In this document: piece after piece, positions 1 through 9,276 of the stretch | How the letters are laid out: the number at the start of each line of letters is the position of its first letter | How positions within the stretch are numbered: position 1 is the stretch's first letter | Sequence record: SRR31156797_613 | Length of the DNA: 44,709 bases | Strand: one strand, 5' to 3' | Program-made: the position numbers and the translations under genes | The notes under the pieces: generated by a model | What the model was told of the DNA's origin: nothing | What the model saw: only the letters and a program-made list of their open reading frames with translations | Databases searched by the model: none

Positions 1-180
1 CAGGACTTATTTATGATAAAAAAATACTTTGGTACTACAGATGAATTACTTAATAAATTAAGAGAAGCAGGTATAGCAGAAGTTAATTATATAAATACAA
101 GTGAATGTGACTTTATCCCTGGATTTCTAAAGCTTAGTTTTATGCTTGGAGCAGCAGGAATAATATATGGTAAGAAATAA
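1..180 (+). CDS. C-terminal fragment of a probable class I SAM-dependent methyltransferase (5'-truncated by window edge)
   Basis: Frame 1 is open from base 1: QDLFMIKKYFGTTDELLNKLREAGIAEVNYINTSECDFIPGFLKLSFMLGAAGIIYGKK* (TAA 178-180). It resembles the C-terminus of clostridial methyltransferases (recognition from memory) and is followed by a terminator hairpin. Confidence 0.6.
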   Translation, partial: QDLFMIKKYFGTTDELLNKLREAGIAEVNYINTSECDFIPGFLKLSFMLGAAGIIYGKK

Positions 181-203
181 TACCCGTTTATAGTACAAAG
201 AAT

Positions 204-229
204 AAAAAGCCTAGATTGTTAGGCTCTTT
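204..229. terminator. Probable bidirectional intrinsic terminator
   Basis: AAAAAGCCTA-GATTGT-TAGGCTCTTT inverted repeat between convergent genes. Confidence 0.6.
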
Positions 230-257
230 GTATAATAATTGACTATTTATTATTTAA

Positions 258-1640
258 TTATTTATTTTCAGCGTTATCCAGATTTATATCTCCTCTTTCC
301 TGTAAATCTGTCAAAATTTCTTTATACATCTTTTCGTCTATTTTGAACTTAGAACGATATACAACATATCCAGCAAGAATAAATAGAAGAGGAATAATAA
401 ACATAGCTAACTTCATTATTAGTATGCCTCCATCAGTTACATCAGATATCTCAACAGCATTGTTTATTCCTGATATAATTACTGTAGCACCTACTATACC
501 TGAGCCAACTGCACCACCCATTTTATTGATAAAAGGCTGCAGTGCAAACGTAACACTTTCATTTCTTTTACCAAGTTTCCACTGACCATATTCGACTGTA
601 TCAGCCAAAAACATCAATATCAACAATTGAATAAAAGCCTGACCCACAAAAAGCACTACACCTGATAGACCGATGAAAACCATGTTCATTGGTGAAAAGA
701 AGAAAATTATATAGCCTAAAACAACCATTATTGTGCCACCTTTATATAATTGCTTTCTGGTGAATTTTTCTCTGAACAATGGAAATAGTGCCAATGTTAT
801 TATCTGTGTCAATATCAATATGCCACCAAAAACGCTGTACATATCCTCATTACCGTATGCATATTTGAAGTAGTATGGTCCAAATGATGTGGTTGTTACA
901 TAACCTATCATAAACAGTGTCATGGAAATAGCAACATACAGTAATTGGTCATTCTTAAATATTGCCTTTACCATTCCTTTTAAAGTAGTCTTTTCTCCCT
1001 GCTTAAACATTTCTTTTGGTTCATGTACTCCAAATAGAGTAATGCTCTGACCAATCCACGTTATAGCAACAATTATTACTGCAAATACAAGGAATCCAAA
1101 CTGCATATTATCAAACGCTTTGCCTAATCCTTCTGTGACTGGTAATACACCTACAACTACAACTGCTAAACCTACATTTGCACAAATACGAGCAAAAGCA
1201 CCAATTTTTTCACGTTCTTTCTGGTCTGTTGATAGTGCTGGAAGCATTGACCAGTATGAAATATCATTAGCTGTAAAACCGATACCCCACATTAAGTATA
1301 TTATTGCAAAGAAGATGATAAAAACATTATCTGATAGTTTAAAATCTGTAAATAGTAAAATAGTAAATATCCCACTTGCAAATGCACCTATTGCCATCCA
1401 TGGCTTAAATTTCCCCCATCTTGACTTAGTATTATCAACAATTACTCCCATAATAGGATCATTAACGGCATCAAATATCCTAGCTCCTACTATGATTGCA
1501 GTTATCCACCACATTATTGTATCTGATAAGTTCATTATCTCTGTCAAATAGTACATTAAGAACATGCTGACTAAGGCATACAGCATATCCCTTCCGATTG
1601 TTCCCAGCCCAAATGGTACTGTGTTATTTCTCTTTTTCAT
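258..1640 (-). CDS. Glycoside-pentoside-hexuronide (GPH):cation symporter, MelB-like MFS
   Basis: 460 aa, about 12 hydrophobic segments. Motifs ARIFDAVNDPIMGVIVDNTKSRWGKFKPW, DISYWSMLPALS and LADTVEYGQWKLGKRNES. GGAG RBS upstream. Confidence 0.92.
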   Translation of the reverse strand: MKKRNNTVPFGLGTIGRDMLYALVSMFLMYYLTEIMNLSDTIMWWITAIIVGARIFDAVNDPIMGVIVDNTKSRWGKFKPWMAIGAFASGIFTILLFTDFKLSDNVFIIFFAIIYLMWGIGFTANDISYWSMLPALSTDQKEREKIGAFARICANVGLAVVVVGVLPVTEGLGKAFDNMQFGFLVFAVIIVAITWIGQSITLFGVHEPKEMFKQGEKTTLKGMVKAIFKNDQLLYVAISMTLFMIGYVTTTSFGPYYFKYAYGNEDMYSVFGGILILTQIITLALFPLFREKFTRKQLYKGGTIMVVLGYIIFFFSPMNMVFIGLSGVVLFVGQAFIQLLILMFLADTVEYGQWKLGKRNESVTFALQPFINKMGGAVGSGIVGATVIISGINNAVEISDVTDGGILIMKLAMFIIPLLFILAGYVVYRSKFKIDEKMYKEILTDLQERGDINLDNAENK

Positions 1641-1675
1641 AATCCTTCTCCAGTCTATATTAATTGGTTAGCAAA

Positions 1676-3292
1676 CTACTCTGCCTTGCCTTCAAAAATT
1701 TTAGCTTCGTATTTTCTCAATTTTAATTCATTATGTTCACTATAATTTGATAAAAGTACCTTTAAATTGCAAACGAACTTTGTATCTTTACCAGTAAAGT
1801 TTAATGCAATAGTCAATGCTTTATTTTCATATCTTCTTTCATAAACAAAAATTTTATTAGTCATTTTAATAACTTTAAAATTACCATACTTTAGTATATC
1901 ACTATTGCTTCTAAAATCTATAAGTTTTTTGTAGAAACTTAATACTGAGTGTTTGTCCTTAATCTGATTTTCCGCATTGATGTCTTTATAGTTTTTATTT
2001 GTACTCAGCCAAGGCGTACCAGAAGTAAATCCTCCATGCTCAGTATCATTCCACTGAACCGGAGTACGAGCATTATCTCGGCACGCTCTTTTTATCATCT
2101 TCCATCTGTACCATTTGGGAATATGAAGTTTATTAATGGTTTTCATTACATTATGAGTTTCAACGTCCATTATTTCATCAAGGCTGCTATAATCAAAATT
2201 CGTCATCCCAATTTCCTGTCCCTGATAAATAAATGGAGTCCCCTTCAATGTCAAAAGCATTACAGCCAACATTTTGGCCGATAAACTATGGTATTCCTTA
2301 TCGTTACCAAAGCGAGACACACTCCTTGGCTGATCATGATTTTCTAAATAATTTGCACACCACTCTAATGAATTCTGCCATTTAGTAATTGTACCAAAAA
2401 ATTTCCTTGGACGAAACTTCCGTGGAAACCACTTAACAAAAAACTGGTCAATTTCCATATGTTCAAATGTAAATATCATATCAAGTTCACGCTTGTCAGC
2501 ATCACAAAGTTCTTTCCCCATTTCAGTATCTACAAATACTGTTTCACCGACCGTGAAGCAATCATAATTGTCAAATACTTCTCTTCTTAACTTTCTAAGT
2601 ATTTCATGAGTTCCTTCCTGTGAAATATAGTATTCGCTGCCAGTTAACACTAGTTTCTTTTTACCATCCTCAAGAGATGATTTGTAGATTATATTAATTA
2701 CATCACAACGAAATCCACCAATACCTTTATTTAACCAAAATTTGAGAGTATCCTTTACTTCTTCCAATACCTTTTGATTGTAATAATTTAAATCCGGCTG
2801 CCCCTTAGCAAAGAGATGCAGGTAATATTCATCACTTTGTACGTCATACTCCCAAGCATCGCCGCCAAAAAAACTAGTCCAATTGTTAGGAGGATTATCT
2901 CCTCTGCCCTTGCGCCAAATATAATAATCTCTGTACTCTGGATCATTATTTCTAGATTTTTTGAACCATTCATGTTCACTGGAAGTATGGTTTATTACCA
3001 AATCCATTATGATTTTCATGTCTCGTGCTTTAGCTTCAGCAATTAATTGCTCCATGTCTTCCATCGTGCCGTACTCTGGATTTATAGCTCTGTAATCAGA
3101 GATATCATAGCCATTGTCTTCGTTGGGAGATGCATAGACTGGACTAAGCCATATAATACCTACACCTAAATCCTTTAGGTAATCTAGTTTTTCAATTATA
3201 CCAGGAATATCGCCTATTCCATCTTTATTTGTATCATTAAAACTTCGGGGGTATATCTGATATACAATTCTTTCTTTCCACCAATGATTCAC
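1676..3292 (-). CDS. GH13 alpha-glucosidase / oligo-1,6-glucosidase
   Basis: WWKERIVYQIYPRSF, DNGYDISDY, DLVINHTS and QPDLN motifs. Catalytic triad GFRCDVI / TVGET / ENHDQPR intact. GTG start with GGGAGG RBS. Confidence 0.93.
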   Translation of the reverse strand: MNHWWKERIVYQIYPRSFNDTNKDGIGDIPGIIEKLDYLKDLGVGIIWLSPVYASPNEDNGYDISDYRAINPEYGTMEDMEQLIAEAKARDMKIIMDLVINHTSSEHEWFKKSRNNDPEYRDYYIWRKGRGDNPPNNWTSFFGGDAWEYDVQSDEYYLHLFAKGQPDLNYYNQKVLEEVKDTLKFWLNKGIGGFRCDVINIIYKSSLEDGKKKLVLTGSEYYISQEGTHEILRKLRREVFDNYDCFTVGETVFVDTEMGKELCDADKRELDMIFTFEHMEIDQFFVKWFPRKFRPRKFFGTITKWQNSLEWCANYLENHDQPRSVSRFGNDKEYHSLSAKMLAVMLLTLKGTPFIYQGQEIGMTNFDYSSLDEIMDVETHNVMKTINKLHIPKWYRWKMIKRACRDNARTPVQWNDTEHGGFTSGTPWLSTNKNYKDINAENQIKDKHSVLSFYKKLIDFRSNSDILKYGNFKVIKMTNKIFVYERRYENKALTIALNFTGKDTKFVCNLKVLLSNYSEHNELKLRKYEAKIFEGKAE

Positions 3293-3329
3293 TTTTATCC
3301 CTCCCTTTTGCTAAAGAACCCTTATATTC

Positions 3330-3358
3330 TTGACATTTAGCGATACTAGTAGTATTGT
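3330..3358 (+). promoter_or_regulatory. Sigma-A promoter for the tetR-GH3 operon
   Basis: TTGACA (3330-3335), 17 bp spacer, TATTGT (3353-3358). Confidence 0.55.
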
Positions 3359-3380
3359 AATAATACACATAGTATTATTA
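3342..3380. promoter_or_regulatory. Candidate TetR operators (two related palindromes)
   Basis: GATAC-N5-GTATT (3342-3356) and TAATAATAC-N5-GTATTATTA (3358-3380), overlapping the promoter between the divergent genes. Confidence 0.5.
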
Positions 3381-3416
3381 TATTAAACATTATGGAATAT
3401 TACAAGGATTTTTAAC

Positions 3417-4067
3417 ATGAAAGAAAGCAAAAGCGGTATTGAACGCTACAAACAAGAACGCAGGCTTCAAGCTGAAGCTAGGAAAAAGCATGTACTAGAC
3501 ACAGCCGAAAGACTCTTCTTCCAAAAAGGAATTGCCAATGTATCTATGAATGAAGTCATGAGAGAATCTGGCGTGTCCAAAGCTACTCTGTATCGCTATT
3601 ACCAGAATATCCATGAAATTGCATTTGAGCTGGAATACATGATGGCTCAAAAAATATTAGTCCCCATGAATGATATAAAAATTGAAGGCAGGTCTTTTCA
3701 GCAGATTGGACTTGATACTAATCTATTCCTAATCGATAATTTCTACAAACTTAAAGAGGAACTCTTATATATAGGTATGTTCGATAATATGTATTCATTC
3801 CAATATCCTAGCGATGAGCTAGAAAACGAATATTTAAATGTGCTTCATAATTACGAAGCTAGATTTGATGAATATATTAAATCAATATCCCAAGACAAAA
3901 TAGATAAATTAACTACAACAATAAACGTTACACTCAGCTTTCTGTATAGATTAGCCAGCAGGGGAAAATTGCTTGAAAAGGAGCAGGGAGTATCTGTGGA
4001 TATTCAGCTAAAAGAATACAGAAATATGATAATAAGAGAATTTGGAGACAAAGAAAACCTATTATAA
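3417..4067 (+). CDS. TetR/AcrR-family transcriptional regulator
   Basis: N-terminal HTH VLDTAERLFFQKGIANVSMNEVMRESGVSKATLYRYY, 216 aa. Confidence 0.9.
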   Translation: MKESKSGIERYKQERRLQAEARKKHVLDTAERLFFQKGIANVSMNEVMRESGVSKATLYRYYQNIHEIAFELEYMMAQKILVPMNDIKIEGRSFQQIGLDTNLFLIDNFYKLKEELLYIGMFDNMYSFQYPSDELENEYLNVLHNYEARFDEYIKSISQDKIDKLTTTINVTLSFLYRLASRGKLLEKEQGVSVDIQLKEYRNMIIREFGDKENLL

Positions 4068-4086
4068 TACCGCAAAAGGAGATGTT

Positions 4087-6498
4087 ATGGAAAAAAGAAT
4101 CAATGAAATCATGGAGCAGTTGACTTTGGAGGAAAAAGCTGGATTATGTTCCGGCAAGGATTTCTGGCACTTAAACTCAGTCGAGCGTGTTGGACTACCA
4201 GAAATAATGGTAGCCGACGGACCTCATGGACTGCGAAAACAAGTAGGTACTTATGATCACGAAGGTTTAAGCGGAAGTATACCAGCTACATGCTTCCCTA
4301 CTGCTGTTACTACTGCAAGCAGCTGGGATACAAATCTTATGCATGAAATCGGCATAGCATTAGCAGAAGAATGCCATCAGGAACAGGTATCTGTCATTCT
4401 TGGACCCGGTGCAAATATAAAGCGCTCACCCTTATGCGGCAGAAATTTCGAATATATCTCTGAGGATCCATACCTTTCAGGTATGATGGCATCAGCTATG
4501 ATTAATGGTACGCAATCTCAAGGCATCGGTTCATCCCTAAAGCACTTTGCTATGAATAATCAGGAAGAAAGACGAATGATTGTTGATTCCGTTGTTGATG
4601 AACGCGCCCAGAGAGAAATTTATCTAAAGAGTTTCGAGATTGCAGTCAAGCAGTCTCAACCCTGGACAGTCATGTGCTCATATAATCGTGTTGACGAAAC
4701 GTATTTAAGCAACAATAAACGCCTAAACACTGATGTATTAAAAGAGGAATGGGGCCATAAAGGACTCGTTGTAACCGACTGGAGTGCAATGAACGATGTC
4801 GTTGAAGCAATTAAAGCTGGAGTAGGGCTGGAAATGCCATCAAGCTTTGGAAGAAGCGAGGAATTAATTGTCAATGCTGTAAACGAAGGAAAACTATCAA
4901 TACAGGATTTAGATAAAGTAGTAAGACGTGTTGTCGAGTTAATATTAAAATCCAGCGATAACATAAAAGAAGGCTATAAATATGACATTGATGAACATAT
5001 GGCACTAGCTAGAAAGGCTGCTGCTGAGTCTGCTGTTCTATTGAAAAACGAAGATTTGCTTCCTGTAGATAGAGGCAGCAAAATTGCTATCATTGGTGAA
5101 TTTGCCAAAAAGCCAAGATATCAGGGAGCTGGCTCATCTCTTATAAATCCAATTCAAATTGTCAGCGTATGCGATGAACTGGATAATCAAAATATCAATT
5201 ATGAGTATTCTCAAGGTTATGATTTAAAGAGTAGCAAGATTAATAATAGTATAATTAAGAATGCGGCAGAAGCAGCCAAAAATGCTGATATTGCAATTGT
5301 TATTACAGGACTTCCTGATGAATATGAAGCCGAAGGATTTGACAGAACACATTTAGATATGCCAGAGAGCCACAATGCCTTGATTGAAGCGGTAGCCAAA
5401 GCTAATCCAAATACTGTAGTGATATTGCAAAACGGAGCACCTATCACTATGCCTTGGTTAAATGATGTAAAATCTGTACTTGAGTGTTATTTAGGCGGAC
5501 AGGCATGTGGAGCAGCCATTGTAGATTTGCTGTATGGTGATGTGAACCCATCAGGAAAAATCGCCGAAACATTCCCGCTTAAGCTGGAAGATAATCCTTC
5601 TTTCGTGAACTTTCCCGGCAATAAGTTAACAGTTGAATATCGTGAAAGCATCTATGTCGGATATCGCTACTATGATAAAGCCAATAAAGATGTACTCTTC
5701 CCATTTGGTTATGGATTAAGCTACACACAATTTGAGTATTCAAACCTAGTAGTTGAAAAAAATAAAAATTTCCATACAGTAAAGGTAGATATTAAGAATA
5801 TTGGCGATAGAGACGGAGCAGAAATAGTACAGCTATACGTAAAAAATGCACCATCAAATGTCTTTAAGGCAGAAAAAGAGCTAAGAGGATTTAATAAAGT
5901 TTTCCTAAAAGCAGGCCAGACAGAGACTATCACATTTAAGCTAGAGCAAGATGCTTTTTCATATTACAATGTTGATATTGCTGATTGGCATACCGAATCC
6001 GGCGAGTATGAAATATTAATCTGTGCTTCATGTCAGGATATCAAATTACGCCAAGCTATAAATATTGAAGAAAATGATAATATATCAACTCCATATTCCA
6101 GCCAAGAATTAAGCGAATATTATGTACTAAAGGATGAAATACTTGATATCAGTGAAGAACAGTTCACAAAATTATTTGGTAAAGATTTGCCTCAAAGAAC
6201 CAGACCAAACAAAAGACCATTTACAATAAATACTATGATGTATGAAACAGAAAACACTTTCGTAGGCAAAATGTTTGTACATTTTGTAGCAAAATCCATG
6301 ACAAAAGTCATTAATATTGAAAATGAAGAAGAAAAGAAAGCAACCATAGATAGAATGCAATCCGAAATAAGACAGATGCCAATCAGATCACTAAGTATAA
6401 TGGGCGGAGAAATGTTGCCAAAGTATTTTTCAGAGGCAATAATTCATTTGTTAAATGGTAAATTTATAAAAGGCTTGCTTTTGCTAATTAAGAAATAA
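4087..6498 (+). CDS. GH3 beta-glucosidase (BglX-like, with FnIII domain)
   Basis: ADGPHGLRKQ, GPGANIKRSPLCGRNFEYISEDP, KHFAMNNQE, nucleophile motif VVTDW, EGFDR, YVGYRYY and FPFGYGLSYT. Start moved to ATG 4087, which follows an AAGGAG RBS. Confidence 0.93.
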   Translation: MEKRINEIMEQLTLEEKAGLCSGKDFWHLNSVERVGLPEIMVADGPHGLRKQVGTYDHEGLSGSIPATCFPTAVTTASSWDTNLMHEIGIALAEECHQEQVSVILGPGANIKRSPLCGRNFEYISEDPYLSGMMASAMINGTQSQGIGSSLKHFAMNNQEERRMIVDSVVDERAQREIYLKSFEIAVKQSQPWTVMCSYNRVDETYLSNNKRLNTDVLKEEWGHKGLVVTDWSAMNDVVEAIKAGVGLEMPSSFGRSEELIVNAVNEGKLSIQDLDKVVRRVVELILKSSDNIKEGYKYDIDEHMALARKAAAESAVLLKNEDLLPVDRGSKIAIIGEFAKKPRYQGAGSSLINPIQIVSVCDELDNQNINYEYSQGYDLKSSKINNSIIKNAAEAAKNADIAIVITGLPDEYEAEGFDRTHLDMPESHNALIEAVAKANPNTVVILQNGAPITMPWLNDVKSVLECYLGGQACGAAIVDLLYGDVNPSGKIAETFPLKLEDNPSFVNFPGNKLTVEYRESIYVGYRYYDKANKDVLFPFGYGLSYTQFEYSNLVVEKNKNFHTVKVDIKNIGDRDGAEIVQLYVKNAPSNVFKAEKELRGFNKVFLKAGQTETITFKLEQDAFSYYNVDIADWHTESGEYEILICASCQDIKLRQAINIEENDNISTPYSSQELSEYYVLKDEILDISEEQFTKLFGKDLPQRTRPNKRPFTINTMMYETENTFVGKMFVHFVAKSMTKVINIENEEEKKATIDRMQSEIRQMPIRSLSIMGGEMLPKYFSEAIIHLLNGKFIKGLLLLIKK

Positions 6499-6537
6499 GT
6501 ATTAAATTCGCTAAACTGTGCCAATAATTAATAAAAT

Positions 6538-6578
6538 AAGACAGCAGACACTATAAGTACTGCTGTCTTTATTTATTT
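6538..6578 (+). terminator. Intrinsic terminator after the GH3 gene
   Basis: AAGACAGCAG (6538-6547) ... CTGCTGTCTT (6560-6569), followed by a T-rich tract. Confidence 0.7.
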
Positions 6579-6643
6579 ATATACTTCTAGAATTTATGAG
6601 TTTTCAATTGAACATACATTATTGTAATAAAATATATCATATG

Positions 6644-6673
6644 AAAAAGGAGTCATATATCAATGACTCCCTT
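6644..6673 (-). terminator. Intrinsic terminator of the feoB transcript
   Basis: GGAGTCAT/ATGACTCC stem (6649-6670), followed by TTTTT on the minus strand. Confidence 0.65.
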
Positions 6674-6702
6674 CACATCTAATGGCTTATTTTTGCAATA
6701 AA

Positions 6703-6858
6703 TTAACTCATATAATCAGTAGAACAAGTGTCGCATTTGCCAGCATACGGACATCCAGCACATTTATTGCCCGATTTTTTATCCTTAACAATTCTATATA
6801 TTGCAAGTCCTAGTATGACTGCAATTATTGCTATCACAATCATATTTGCTATGTTCAT
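6703..6858 (-). CDS. FeoB-associated Cys-rich membrane protein (51 aa, not in the ORF track)
   Basis: Translated by hand: MNIANMIVIAIIAVILGLAIYRIVKDKKSGNKCAGCPYAGKCDTCSTDYMS*. Its ATG overlaps the feoB stop (TAATG). One TM helix followed by CxxC-x5-CxxC. Confidence 0.85.
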   Translation of the reverse strand: MNIANMIVIAIIAVILGLAIYRIVKDKKSGNKCAGCPYAGKCDTCSTDYMS

Positions 6859-8867
6859 TATGCTGCCTCTTCAATTACATCAGCAGATACTTCTTTTGGC
6901 TTTTTATACATCAAGTAAACAACATAACCTACCATGATAAGCACTGCAATTAGTCCGCCTAAGAAACCCGCTCCTAAAGCGCCAGTTGAAATCAATGTAC
7001 CAATCTGATATACCAAGAATGCTAATACATAGCCCATTCCAAGCTGGAATGCAATTCCTCCCCATAGCCACTTTGATGATTCCATTTCTGAGTTCATAGC
7101 ACCTATTGCTGCGAAACATGGAGGTGTGAATAAGTTGAATACTAAGTATGCCAGAGCTGCAATTGCTGTGATGCCAAACACTGTTGATACCTCGCCAGCA
7201 CCGCCAACCAAAGCTAATTCTTCAGTATCAATGAAATTAGTTACTGCAAATGTAACAGCTAATGTACCAACTACGTTTTCCTTGGCTATAAATCCAGTAA
7301 CTGCTGATGCTGCAAACTGCCATAATCCGAATCCCAGAGGAACAAGTATAATAGCTATTGGTGCAGCAATGGTTGCAAGAATAGATGTATTAGCTGCAGC
7401 TTCTTCAACGACTTGGAACTGCCAGTTGAATGTTTGCAGTATATGTACGATTGCATTACATACCAAGATGATTGTACCTGCTTTCTTAATGAAAGACCAT
7501 GCTCTTGACATCATTGAAATAAATGCACGCTTTAGACTAGGCCATCTGTATTCAGGAAGTTCCATAATAAAATATGATGGAGCAGAATCATCTTTTGTAA
7601 TTTTCTTAACAATTAATCCACTAAAGATAATAACTACAATTGCTAATAGATACATTGATGTACCAACCCAGCCTTTATCACCGAAGAATAACCCTGCAAA
7701 CAAAGCTATGATAGGAAGTTTTGCACCACATGGCATAAATGGTGAAAGCATTGCAGTAGTTCTTCTTTGTCTTTCGTCCTTGATTGTTCTGGTTGCCATA
7801 ATACCCGGGATTGCACATCCTGTTGATACAATCATTGGGATAATTGATTTACCAGACAGACCAATTTTCTTGAAGAATCTATCCATTACCACCGCGACAC
7901 GTGCCATATATCCACAGTCTTCCAGCAATGCTAAGCAGAAGAAAAGTACCATGATAAGTGGTAAGAAACCAACAACAGCACCTACACCGCCGATAATACC
8001 ATCAAGCAGTAATGAACTCCAGAAAGGACTTACATTGTCTCCAAGCAATCCTTCCACAAATCCATAGAATCCATCTATCCATCCTACAAAAGTATCTGCC
8101 AACCATGGTCCGACCCAAGCCTGTGATATCGAGAATACAAGCCAGATAACACCAATAAAGATTGGAATACCTAACCATTTATTAGCTACTATTCTATCAA
8201 CTGCATCTTGTTTTGTCTGCTTAGATGGGCTGATTTTCTTTCTTTCTACCTCTGAAACCACTTTGTTTACAAAGTCAAAACGCTTTTTATCAGCCATTTC
8301 GAATTCATCTTTTGTAGAAGCATTAGCAGCACCAGAAATTCGTGGAGCAGCTTGCTTTTTGCCTGCAGCTTTTACTGCTTCTGATACCAAAGCATCTAAA
8401 CCATTGTTGTTGGATTTAGTTGCAATTGTTTTAACTACTGGGCATTTCAATGACTCGCTTAGTCTTTCAACATCGGTTTTTGTTTCTTTCTTTTCGCTCA
8501 TGTCACTTTTGTTAAGAGCGACTACAACTGGAATACCTAACTCTAATAGTTGAGTAGTAAAAAATAATGAACGAGACAGATTAGTTGAATCAACAATATT
8601 AATAATTACGTCTGGGTTTTCTGTCTTCACAAAATCAGATGTTATAGATTCTTCAGATGTGTACGGTGACATTGAGTATGCACCAGGTAAGTCGACTGCT
8701 ACCAAGTCTTTGCCGCTTTTGTTCAGTTCTTTCTTTATCTTGCCTTCCTTCTTTTCCACTGTAACTCCAGGCCAGTTACCTACGTGCTCAATCTTACCAG
8801 TGATTTCATTAAACAATGTTGTCTTACCACTGTTTGGATTACCTGTTAATGCAATTTTCATAAACAA
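6858..8867 (-). CDS. feoB: Ferrous iron transport protein B
   Basis: G motifs GNPNSGKT, GNWPGVT, DLPG and NKSD. Membrane motifs LEDCGYMAR, PFMPCGAKLP, MELPEYRWP, AKENVV and TPPCFA. Confidence 0.96.
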   Translation of the reverse strand: MFMKIALTGNPNSGKTTLFNEITGKIEHVGNWPGVTVEKKEGKIKKELNKSGKDLVAVDLPGAYSMSPYTSEESITSDFVKTENPDVIINIVDSTNLSRSLFFTTQLLELGIPVVVALNKSDMSEKKETKTDVERLSESLKCPVVKTIATKSNNNGLDALVSEAVKAAGKKQAAPRISGAANASTKDEFEMADKKRFDFVNKVVSEVERKKISPSKQTKQDAVDRIVANKWLGIPIFIGVIWLVFSISQAWVGPWLADTFVGWIDGFYGFVEGLLGDNVSPFWSSLLLDGIIGGVGAVVGFLPLIMVLFFCLALLEDCGYMARVAVVMDRFFKKIGLSGKSIIPMIVSTGCAIPGIMATRTIKDERQRRTTAMLSPFMPCGAKLPIIALFAGLFFGDKGWVGTSMYLLAIVVIIFSGLIVKKITKDDSAPSYFIMELPEYRWPSLKRAFISMMSRAWSFIKKAGTIILVCNAIVHILQTFNWQFQVVEEAAANTSILATIAAPIAIILVPLGFGLWQFAASAVTGFIAKENVVGTLAVTFAVTNFIDTEELALVGGAGEVSTVFGITAIAALAYLVFNLFTPPCFAAIGAMNSEMESSKWLWGGIAFQLGMGYVLAFLVYQIGTLISTGALGAGFLGGLIAVLIMVGYVVYLMYKKPKEVSADVIEEAA

Positions 8868-8936
8868 TCTCCTTTTATCAGCTGTGCCGAAATTTATTAT
8901 TAATTATTTCTAATTTATATAATTATTATATAATAT

Positions 8937-8954
8937 AGTTACTATGTGCTAACT
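8937..8954. promoter_or_regulatory. Candidate DtxR-family operator upstream of feoB
   Basis: AGTTACTATGTGCTAACT, one of four related 18-bp imperfect palindromes in the feo locus. Confidence 0.65.
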
Positions 8955-8965
8955 TTTGTTTCAAG

Positions 8966-8989
8966 AAAAAATGCTCCTTAAAAGAGCAT
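8966..8989 (-). terminator. Terminator-like hairpin between feoA and feoB
   Basis: Minus strand reads ATGCTC-TTTTAAG-GAGCAT followed by TTTTT. Confidence 0.5.
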
Positions 8990-9001
8990 AACACTGTATG
9001 A

Positions 9002-9214
9002 TTATACTAAAATAGCACTAGCTAATTGTTCGTCAATGCTGTATCTTGCATCTTTGATATTGACTACATAATTCGAAGCAAATTTGGATATAATAGTCAC
9101 CTTTTCTCCTGGATAACATCCTAACGTAAATAGAAAATCCCTCATATCAGAATCCTCTGTGTTAATTGTTCCTACTGTGTAAGCCACATTTATTTCTCCT
9201 TTTGAAAGTGACAT
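9002..9214 (-). CDS. feoA: Ferrous iron transport protein A
   Basis: 70 aa, FLFTLGCYPGEKVTII and IKDARYSID FeoA pattern. GGAGG RBS. Adjacent to feoB. Confidence 0.9.
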   Translation of the reverse strand: MSLSKGEINVAYTVGTINTEDSDMRDFLFTLGCYPGEKVTIISKFASNYVVNIKDARYSIDEQLASAILV

Positions 9215-9231
9215 AAAAAAACCTCCTATAA

Positions 9232-9276
9232 CATTAGCATTTGCTAACTTCTGTTAAAAGTTTACCATAGCTAACT
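9232..9276. promoter_or_regulatory. Two candidate DtxR-family operators upstream of feoA
   Basis: CATTAGCATTTGCTAACT (9232-9249) and AGTTTACCATAGCTAACT (9259-9276). Confidence 0.6.

Noticed and set aside
4042..4086. Extended N-termini given by the ORF track (GH3 4042; also SBP 22857, dctP 40896, dctQ 39755, YibE/F 10924, AKR 28572)
   Set aside because: Downstream ATGs have better Shine-Dalgarno spacing, restore signal peptides at the N-terminus where expected, and avoid long gene overlaps.
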